Part shown: piece after piece, positions 32,658 to 41,417 of the stretch
Position numbering within the stretch: position 1 is the first letter of the stretch
Layout of the letters: each line of letters opens with the position of its first letter
Assembly (NCBI GenBank): GCA_963829055.1
Contig: CAWHHI010000010.1
Span: forward strand, 152,207 to 216,206
Length of the DNA stretch: 64,000 bases
Origin: an uncultured Gemmatimonadaceae bacterium
GTDB taxonomy: Bacteria > Gemmatimonadota > Gemmatimonadetes > Gemmatimonadales > Gemmatimonadaceae
Reading direction: 5' to 3'
Position numbers and translations under genes: made by a program
Notes under the pieces: generated by a model
Told to the model about the DNA's origin: nothing
Seen by the model: the letters and a program-made list of their open reading frames with translations, nothing else
Databases searched by the model: none

Positions 32658-33970
32658 GACGCGCTACAGCATTGTCGACGATTCCGATCGCGTGTCTCGC
32701 GGTTCTGCTTTCCTGCCGCGGAGAGCCGACGACCCCGGCCTCCAAGCCGGTTACGACTCCTGCGCAGCAGGAGATTCCGATCACCGGCGCCGCGGTGCCG
32801 GGAATGAAGTCGTACGATCAGGTCATCCCCGATTTGATGCGGAAGTACGCGATTCCCGGTGGCGCGGTTGCCGTGATGCGCGATGGCAAGTTGATCTACG
32901 CGCGCGGCTTTGGTTACGCGGATGTCGAGAACAAGACGCCGGTGCAGCCTGACGCCCTGTTCCGGATCGCCAGCGTGTCCAAGACGCTCACCAGCGCCGC
33001 CATCATGAAGCTCGTCGAGGAGGGCAAGCTCAAACTCGACGATCGCGTCGCGCCACTCATTGCCTACCTCACGCCCGCACCGGGAGCGACCGTCGACCCG
33101 CGGTGGGAGCAGATCACCATTCGGCATCTGCTCAACCACACCGGGGGCTGGGATCGTGAGAAACCGAATGGCGGATTCGACCCGATAGATCGGCCGGCGA
33201 TCGCCGCGGCCGCGGTCGACGCGCCCGCGCCGGCATCGGCGTGAAACGCTGATCCGCTACATGAAGGGAATGCCGCTCGACTTCAATCCGGGCGAACGGT
33301 TCGCCTACTCGAATTTTGGCTACATCATTCTCGGCCGCGTGATCGAGCGTGTGAGCGGCATGCCGTACAAGGAGTACGTGCGCGCACGCGTGCTCGCGCC
33401 CGTGGGCGCCAATCGCACGCAGCAGGGCAAGTCGCGCATGAGCGACGCGCTCCCGGACGAGGTGAAGTACTACTGGCCCGGGGCTGGGCGTGAACGCGCC
33501 GCTGGTGCCATCCGTTTTCCCGGGCGAAGGCCTGGTGCCCCTCAACTACGGGGGCTACCACCACGAAGCGGGTGATGCAAGCGGCGCCTGGGTCTCGTCG
33601 ACCGTCGATCTTCTGCGATTCCTGGGCGGCGTCGATGGCCGCCCCAATCGTCCGGACATCCTCAGCGCTGAACTCGTCGCGGCAGATGACCAGCTACGGC
33701 GCGCAGGTATGTGCCAGTGGCGCGTGCTATTACGCAGCCGGCTGGTTTGTTCGCCCAACCCAGGGCGACGCGAACTGGTGGCACGGGGGAACGCTGCCCG
33801 GCACGACGAGCATGCTCGTGCGCACGTATAACAACTTCTCGTGGGTCGGTCTGTTCAACACTCGCTCCCTGACAGCCAACCTCGAGGCCGAGCTCGATGC
33901 CGCGCTCTGGAATGCGCTCGCGGGCGTCACATCATTTCCGACGCACGACCTGTTTTCGACCTTCCGATGA
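32654..33970 (+). CDS. Serine hydrolase (beta-lactamase family) lipoprotein, frameshifted
   Basis: FRIASVSK, HLLNHTGG, AYSNFGY, WWHGGTLPG spread over four ORFs. Confidence 0.85.
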
Positions 33971-34094
33971 CATGAGCCGCAGCATCAACGTGTCTGCGGC
34001 TCTGTGTTGAACAGAACGGCGCTCCGCAACTCACGCTTTCCCCGGACAGCGTCGTCGTGGGTGTATTCGAATCGTCGCCGCTGATCGCCACGGT

Positions 34095-34499
34095 TTGGGT
34101 TTTAGCTGGGGCGGCGCGACGGGTGCGCTGTTCGTCGGCATTGAACGGCGCCTTAAAACGGCGGTGCTCGTAGTCGGACACGGCGGTCACGTCTCGCACG
34201 CCACGGGTCCGGAAGGGTTCAAATACATTGCCGGTTTCTCGTGTGCCAGACGTGTCGCCTGGATTCGAGCGATGGCACCGATAGAGCCGATTCGATTCGT
34301 TGGGCATGCTAACATCCCGTTGTTGTTGCAAAACGGGACGTTGGACGCCCTGATACCGCGTCCCGATGCGGAGGCGATACACGCAGCCGCGCCGCAGCCC
34401 AAGGAGGTTCGCTGGTATGACGCGGGACACGGCCTCACTCCGCAGGCCGGCGACGACAGGTATGCGTGGCTGCATCAGCACATTGGCATAGACCCCTGA
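34095..34499 (+). pseudogene. C-terminal half of an alpha/beta hydrolase
   Basis: GFSWGG nucleophile, LLLQNGTLD, WYDAGHGL; the upstream sequence is unrelated. Confidence 0.6.
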
Positions 34500-34883
34500 A
34501 GTCCGTGCAATGACACCGGCAATCGCGGTCGTCGCGGTGACGGATTCCGGGTGCGGAGCCTCGATCGCAACGTCAGCCGGGATCGCCGGAAGATACCGGA
34601 TGCTGGCGAGAAACTCGATGCTCGCAGCGCTCGTCAGGTTCAGCGCACGTTAGGCCGCGACGTAAGTGGCCTCTCGGCCGGCTAGACTAGAGTGACCGGC
34701 GCAACGTGTCGACCTCCACGTCGGTCCAGCGCGTCCATGCCGGCGACAGTGAATTGGAGCGCGCGCCCGGTCAACGGGACCTCGGCTAAATAACGCGGAT
34801 CGCGTTGTCGCCCGAACTCAGAAGCATACTGGTGGCCTGCGTGAGTCTCGCCCGGGAAGGTTCGCGCACCGTCGTATCGGGAT

Positions 34884-35894
34884 TTAAAAAGGACAGGGGC
34901 GGAAGCGGAATCCCGTTCGCGCCCACACCGGCAAGTCCTCCAGCGTCAGCTCGCTGAATGTCCCGCCGTTGTTGTGCCAGTGGCTCATGATTCGATCCTC
35001 CGCCGCGCCGTTCACCCAACGCCGCCCCAGCGAGATCGCGACATGCTCGTTTTGGTCCCAGTACATCACGTCTCCCTCTTGTGGCACCAGGCCGGGGTGC
35101 GGAGCGAATGGGACGCTGTCATAGAAGCCTAACGCGTGGCTGAGGGCTCGGCCGTAATGCTCTTCGCCGTTACCGCCACGAAGGTGATTGAACTCATTCA
35201 CGAACGCCGCCCGCCGGTGCGTGAATCTGAGCCAGTCCAGGGTCACGAGGTTCGCCCGGTAGGCCGAGTACAACACGGCTTCCCAACAGTTCATGTGGGC
35301 CCGGGGGCTCGGGATGGGGCCGTTGCGGTTTATCCACTCCGCGAAGTGGTTTCGCCGCATTCCCGCGCCGTGATTCCAAAGTTGTTTCGGCTGGTACATG
35401 GGCCCGGCGTTAGGCACCAGCGCCAGTAGTCCCTGGTTGACGGGCCCCGACGGGACCCAGGTGAACCACCCGTTCATTAGACGGGCAGTCGCGGCGAGTT
35501 GCACCCCGCGCCCCGTTGCTCGCTCCGTGCGCAGCCGGCGTAGTCGCTGGACATGCGCGAGGTACACATTGGGCGCGGGCGGCGGTGGGGGGGCCGCGGG
35601 CGGTCCCGGGAGCTGGAGTGCCAAGGCCTGGGCTCGGGACGCGGCTTGGTTGTCGATCAAGGACCAGGCGTCGCAACGGTTGATGAACGCATTGCGGACC
35701 TGATCGGGTACCACCGCCACCATCGGCAGATCGTTGGCGAGCTCCGACAACACGGCATCGCGGAAGAGGTCTTCGCTGTCGGCGTCGTTATTGACGTAGA
35801 TCTGGACCAGCTGGAGGACTAGCGGCGCGTGTGCAACGAGGTTGGGACGGCCCACTCCAGTGAAAATTTGCTGGACCTGCAACAAGGTCAGCAT
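34884..35894 (-). CDS. Hypothetical protein with putative papain-like/NlpC-P60 Cys-His domain
   Basis: 336-aa ORF; MNCWEAVL ... EGDVMYW..EHVAISLG; Pro-rich linker. Confidence 0.65.
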   Translation of the reverse strand: MLTLLQVQQIFTGVGRPNLVAHAPLVLQLVQIYVNNDADSEDLFRDAVLSELANDLPMVAVVPDQVRNAFINRCDAWSLIDNQAASRAQALALQLPGPPAAPPPPPAPNVYLAHVQRLRRLRTERATGRGVQLAATARLMNGWFTWVPSGPVNQGLLALVPNAGPMYQPKQLWNHGAGMRRNHFAEWINRNGPIPSPRAHMNCWEAVLYSAYRANLVTLDWLRFTHRRAAFVNEFNHLRGGNGEEHYGRALSHALGFYDSVPFAPHPGLVPQEGDVMYWDQNEHVAISLGRRWVNGAAEDRIMSHWHNNGGTFSELTLEDLPVWARTGFRFRPCPF

Positions 35895-36572
35895 GCCGGT
35901 GGCCTCTCAGTGGTGCGCGAGTAGAATGTCGAGGGGAACGTCGAGCTTTTGTTCCTAGATCCCCTGAAATTGTGCGTCACTGCCTCGTGCAGCAATGGCT
36001 CCCCATCATCGGGCATGAACCGGGCGGTCGAACTCCACGACGTTGATCGCCTAACGCGTCAACCAGCGAGCACCGGGGCCGAGATCCGTATGACAGTCTG
36101 AAATGTGTGTTGCCGCATAACGCCTCTATTGACCTGCGAGGGCAGATCATAAGATGCGGCGGCGCAGTCGCGCCCAAACGCTGAGGCTCTGGCGTTGCTA
36201 TCAACGGCATCCGAAGAGATCCGGGGCTACGGCTCATTGCCTCGTTCAGAGCTTCTGGAGAAGTTGATGGCTCGCGCTGACACGCCTAACCACGGCGGGA
36301 AGAGTCCCATGCTCGCGCCGAACGCACGTAGCAGCATCACGCGGTGCCCGCAGGCTGGGACGGTCGCCCGGGCGGGAGGCGGAAGTCTCGTTCGGCCGCG
36401 GCGAACAAGGTCAGGTCGCTGACGGTGGTGGCGGACAGTGCGACAGAACATCGTGAGGGTCATTGCAGGGAGTACAACGCATCCAAGAGGTCGCAGCTCC
36501 GATGTACGTCGGCCAGATTAGGTCAGGACTGCGGAGAGATGACGTGCGTGTGAAACACGGGGCTGCGTGGCC

Positions 36573-36632
36573 GCCTAACGCCTGAGTCAAGCCGAGTCGC
36601 GAAGCGGCTTCGGCTCGAATGAATTGCTAGGC
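36573..36632 (-). mobile_element. 60-bp integron attC site (short type; R'' altered to GCCTAGC)
   Basis: Minus strand GCCTAGCAATTCATTCGAGCCGAAGCCGCTTCGCGACTCGGCTTGACTCAGGCGTTAGGC. Confidence 0.85.
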
Positions 36633-36662
36633 CGCACTTGCCGCGCCATTTCAGTGTCGCCC

Positions 36663-36805
36663 TTAGGACTGCGGGCGGCGGGCTTCCACCGCGATACGAC
36701 CATCGACCACGAAGTCCGGGGCATGTTGCCGTCCGGCTCGTACACGACGTTGGCGTAGCCGGAATGCCTGAGGTAGCGCTCGACTAGAGCTTTGGTATCG
36801 TCCAT
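36663..36805 (-). pseudogene. Truncated cassette gene, PD-(D/E)xK-like N-terminus
   Basis: MDDTKALVERYLRHSGYANVVYEPDGNMP / PDFVVDGRIAVEARR then stop; lies between two attC sites. Confidence 0.55.
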
Positions 36806-36855
36806 CGCAGGAGATATGATCGCACGCTTGTTTCAGCACGCGGAGTACCGAGGCG

Positions 36856-36951
36856 GCCTAACGCCTTAGCTAAGCTGCAAGCGGATCAAATAAAACGCGA
36901 GCGTAGCGAGCTTCATTAAATGGCTTGTCAGCTTCAGCGTGTGTTTTAGGT
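36856..36951 (-). mobile_element. Integron attC site (R'' degenerate)
   Basis: Minus strand ACCTAAAAC-ACACG-CTGAAGCTGACAAGC...GCTTGCAGCTTAG-CTAAGGC-GTTAGGC. Confidence 0.78.
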
Positions 36952-36996
36952 GGCGCTCCGACACCGCGAAACCTTCATGGTTTGATCGGAACGCAG

Positions 36997-37932
36997 TTAC
37001 TTGGAATGCCCAATGAGTCGCCTCACCTCGTCGGCAACGATCTCGGGAATTGCTTGCTCCATGAAGTGCGGTACGTCGCTCATGACGAGAAGCCGTCCAG
37101 GGGAAAAGCGCTCGACGAAGGCGCGCTGCTCAGCCCGGATAGCAATTGCCATCTTCTCAACAGGCCACGAAGGGTCAAGGTCGATCCGCGTGGTCGCAAT
37201 GTAGGTGACCGGAATGTTGACCTTTCGGCGCCGCATCGCGTGTGCTTGCCTGTAAGTCGTAAGCTGATCAAACTGCTCGACGTTCCGTTTCCAGTCGTTC
37301 GGTTGCATGCGCGCTTCGCTTGGCAGAAATCGCTCGTCAATCGTACTGACATCATCGGGCAGACTTGCGTCGAGCAGGACCATTCCGTTGACGTCATCAG
37401 GGTAAGTGGCGGCGTACATTACAGCGATGAGGCCGCCGAAGGAGGCGCCAAGGAGGATGAACGGACCGCGAATGTGCGCAGCCGCGAGCAGCCTACGAAG
37501 ATCCGTCACGGCGTCCTTACCAGTAAGCGGACCCCGAACCTTGTCACTAAATCCGACATTAGCGCGGTCGTAGATGCACACACGAGCTCGATCGCGCAGA
37601 TAGCTCGGAATTAGCCCTGAGTTTTGACTGCTACCGCGGGTCACGATGATCCCGTGCATGTAGACGACTGTGTGTGGCCCGCCGCCCTCACATCTGAGAT
37701 ACAACTTGTGGCCACCGACATCGAACAGTCCTTCTACAACAGGCAGGACCATCGTCGACTGCGGCCGCTCTCCAGCAGCCTGGCGCGACACGGTTCCGGA
37801 TCCCCCGCGTTGAGTGACGGTTGTAACGGATGAGCAACCGCCGAGCATGACGGTCAACGCCGCGACTGTGAAGAGTGTCTCACGGACAAAACTCTCACGC
37901 ATACTGCACATGACCTCTGCGACTCTAGACAT
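36997..37932 (-). CDS. Cassette-borne alpha/beta hydrolase lipoprotein
   Basis: Lipobox LGGC; DVGGHKLYLRCEG, YDRANVGFSD, LGASFGG, PHF; lower GC; between attC sites. Confidence 0.85.
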   Translation of the reverse strand: MSRVAEVMCSMRESFVRETLFTVAALTVMLGGCSSVTTVTQRGGSGTVSRQAAGERPQSTMVLPVVEGLFDVGGHKLYLRCEGGGPHTVVYMHGIIVTRGSSQNSGLIPSYLRDRARVCIYDRANVGFSDKVRGPLTGKDAVTDLRRLLAAAHIRGPFILLGASFGGLIAVMYAATYPDDVNGMVLLDASLPDDVSTIDERFLPSEARMQPNDWKRNVEQFDQLTTYRQAHAMRRRKVNIPVTYIATTRIDLDPSWPVEKMAIAIRAEQRAFVERFSPGRLLVMSDVPHFMEQAIPEIVADEVRRLIGHSK

Positions 37933-37961
37933 TCAGCCACTTGATTCGTAGGTGAAATGCC

Positions 37962-38057
37962 GCCTAACGCCCCAGTTCAGCTGCGTCGGCGCGGGCTGCA
38001 GCTGTGACTGCGGTTGCAGCGGTGCGCGCCCACGTCAGCTGCAACGATCCGTTGTGC
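37962..38057 (-). mobile_element. Integron attC site
   Basis: Minus strand GCACAAC-GGATCG-TTGCAGCTGACGT...ACGCAGCTGAA-CTGGGGC-GTTAGGC. Confidence 0.88.
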
Positions 38058-38071
38058 GGCGCCGCAATGGA

Positions 38072-38900
38072 CTATCCTGCCGTGCCGACGCGCCGGAGTG
38101 ATGGCGTGACGTGGAATTCAATCAGGGCTCTCATCGAATCATGCCACGAGAAGTTACCCGGCAGTGGGTCCCCATCGAACCATGCAGCTGGACCTCGCGT
38201 GGGGTAGAGCGGGATGTGAATACCTGCCCAGATCACGATCTGCCATTCCTCGGTAGGCCAAAACGCCACTAGCAGGAGCAGCTTCCCGAGTTGAAGGCTG
38301 ATCTTGTAGGCACCCTCGTTCGTCTGACGCAGACTCGCCTCGTTCTCCGCGCTATCGGAGAAGAACCTCCACACGGCGTTTTGCTGCCAGTAGAATTGCC
38401 GTGTCCCGTATGTTGCTGTCCGAACACCTTCACGCCCTCGGCAGGACGCGTTGGGTCTAGGAAGAGAGACTGGAAGTGCTCGGGCGGAACGTTCGCGTGA
38501 TAGTTCGACGCGTTATTCAGAACAATGGCGGTCTTGAACGCCCAGGTGGCAACGGTGTGACGCTCAGCCTCTGTGAGGTGGACGACTTCGAGTTCGCCGT
38601 CGATCAGTGGGATCAGCAGGGGCTTCGCTCGCCCCTCTAACTGACTCATCCATCCGTTGTTGCAACGCTTGCAGACACGCCCTGCAAGAAAGTTCCCGAG
38701 GTCGTGCTTGCGTTGCGTGACGAGTGTTCCATCGGGCCGCATGTGCGACGGACGCACCTCCGCATTGCGGATTCCCAAGTGCTCAAGCACCCACTGCGGG
38801 AGGACATGCTCGCGCGCCCGGCCACCTGACAAGGGCCGGTCGCAGAACACACATATTCGGGCCGGGCGCGATGCTGGGGGTAGTGGCAAGCTCTCGTCCG
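38072..38900 (-). CDS. Cassette-borne HNH-like zinc-binding protein, frameshift near 38400; start uncertain
   Basis: CVFC...REHVLPQW...VCKRCNNGWMSQLE...WAFKTA; stop just before an attC. Confidence 0.7.
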
Positions 38901-39389
38901 GGTACGCGAGACTAGTGTGTCCGCCCAACGCCAGTTAGGCGCTCTTGATATGCAGCGAAGACTGCGTGAAGTACGGCGAGCGCTCGCTGCGAATATCCGA
39001 GTTCGCCAGCGACACGTCAGTGCAGTCGAAGGGTGGGTCCCACCTCGGCAATCGACGAGGGTGCGCCGTGAATGTTATGCAGCGAGGCGCGGGCTGCATA
39101 AGAGGTTAGGGAAACGCCATTTGCGTGTACCATCGCCGGACGAGCACTCACAACCGGTCCGGCTGTCTGCGCACCTGAACGACCGCGATTCGACCCGATT
39201 GCACCAACGCTCTAGCCAACCGCACCCGCAGCGGCGGGACGTACGCGCCGGTCGAGACCGCGGCCGCTTACAAATCGACACGGACACCGTTCCCCATCAC
39301 CCACACCTGCGTCGTGTCACCGCGCGGCGAGACCGTGCCCATCCTTGTTAGGCACGTGCCGCTACTGGCGACGGATTGTGCGGCTCACG

Positions 39390-41349
39390 TCACCGCGCCG
39401 CGGCCGACCGCTTGAGCATCCATCCGTACAGGAAAACGATCGCGCCCACGAAGCCGAGCACGCCGAGCCACGGCGCCGAGCGCGAAGGTCTCGGGCACGA
39501 GCGCGATGCGGCGCGTCCTTCGCCCAGGCCGACGATCAGGCCGGCGTTGATCACGCCCCACAGACTCTCGCCGACGATCAATCCGGACGCGACGAGCGTA
39601 CCCAGTCGCTCGGCGCGCTCTGGATTCGCCGCCGACCGCGCGCGGCCGTCGTACCAGTGCGAGATGACGGCGCCGACGATCACCGCGAACGTCGCCGACA
39701 TCGGCAGATAGATCCCGATGCCGACCGCGAGCGGCGGGATGCGCAGCTTCTTCATCGCGCCGAGCGTCGCGTCGACCAGAATGAGCGCGACGCCCACGAG
39801 CGCGCCGATGCCGATCATCTTCCATTCGAGCTGGCCTCCGATCACGCCCTGGGCGAGCGCGGAGATGAGCGTCGCCTGTGGCGCCGGCAGCGGGTTCGGC
39901 GCGACGACGCCGACGTTCGCGGCACCGGCGAACCCGTACGCCTTGGCGAGCAGGTTGAGCACCGGCGGAATCACCGCCGCGCCCGCCGCCACGCCGACGA
40001 TGAGCGCGATCTGCTGACGCATCGGCGAGGCGCCGACGAGCTGCCCTGTCTTCAGATCCTGCAGGTTGTCGTTCGAGATCGTCGCGCAGGCGAAGATGAT
40101 CGCGGTGACGAACAGAGCGAAGGCGACGAGCGCGGGCCGCGTCGTCGTCGTCGGCGTGACCGCGAGCGCGAGCAGTCGAGGCGCAGAGCACGATCGAGAG
40201 AATGCCGACGCCCGAGATCGGGCTGTTCGACGCGCCGATGAGCCCCGCCATGTAGCCGCAGACCCCGGCGATGAGAAAGCCGACGATCAGCACGAGCGGC
40301 ACGGCGATGACCGTGAGCGTCACCGCGTTAGGCGCGAGCACCGTCGAGCGCGCGAACGTGAAGGCGAGCCAGCCGGCAATGACCAGGCAACCGGCCGTGA
40401 GCGCGAGAATCCACGGTGGCGAGAGGTCGCGATCGGTCTCGTCGCCCGTGCCTTCGCGGCTCGGGACGCGGCGAGCGTGCTCACCAGCCCTCCGACGACC
40501 GGCTTCGCGAGCCGGCCGAGGGTGTAGATCGCGGCGACCGCAATCGTGCCGGCGCCGATGAAGCGCACCTGCGTGCGCCAGATCGTCGTCGTGTGCGCGG
40601 CGAGCGTGATGCCGTCGGCGGCGGGCTGCATCGACGTCAGGATCGGCACGGCGATCACCCACGAGATCACCTGGCCCACGAGCATCGCCATGCCGACCGA
40701 CAGCCCGACGAGATGTCCCGCGCCGAGCAGCGCGAGCGACCACGCGATGTTGTACCCGGTCGACGCATGCCCGCCGAGGCGGACGAAGCCGTTGAACTCA
40801 GCCGCGGCGATGCGCGTCGCCGTCACGATCGCGAGCCCCGCCGACGCGACGGAGCCGAGTATCACGGCGATGAGCCCTTCGCGCGCTTCGCCCGTCTCGT
40901 CCTTCGTCTCACCGCGCGTGCCCGATCCGACCTTCAGCACCTCGGCGGCCGCGACGCCCTTCGGGGTAGGGCAGGTCGGACGTCGTGACGAGGGCGCGCC
41001 GCAGCGGGATCGTGAACAGCACGCCGAGGATGCCGCCGCTCACGCAGATGAGGAACGATTGCCAGAACGGGAATCCCGTCCACCAGCCGACGATCACGAG
41101 TCCCGGCAGCACGAAGATGATCGCCGAGAGTGTGCCGGCCGCGGACGCGACGGTCTGCACGATGTTGTTCTCGAGGATCGACGAGTCCTTCACGGCGCTC
41201 AGGATGGCCATCGAGATCACGGCCGCGGGGATCGACGACGCGAACGTGAGCCCGACCTTGAGGCCGAGGTAGACGTTGGCCGCGGTGAAGACGGTGGTGA
41301 TGAGCGCGCCGAGAATCAGGCCGCGTAGCGTGAGCTCTTTGGGTTTCAT
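39390..41349 (-). CDS. OPT-family oligopeptide transporter, frameshifted
   Basis: ELTLRGLILG, YLGLKVGLTFASSIPAAVIS, ENNIVQTVASA, LPYPEG, SNSPISG, PAPQATL, GLIVGESL. Confidence 0.92.
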
Positions 41350-41417
41350 GGGCCCAATCCTACGACCGGCGAGGACCTTCGTCGAGTATGCGCGGTTCTC
41401 GAGATCAACGCGCCCTG

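Noticed and set aside
33974..34002. GAGCCGCAG/CTGCGGCTC hairpin as an intrinsic terminator
   Set aside because: Long loop and weak U-tract; plausible but not well supported
38941..39355. Additional cassette between the collapsed attC and the OPT gene
   Set aside because: Contains GTTAGG words (about 39105, 39347) but no intact ORF or foldable attC
25900..39400. Complete integron (intI/attI) or IS transposase
   Set aside because: No tyrosine recombinase R-H-R-Y motifs or transposase ORF recognised in the window
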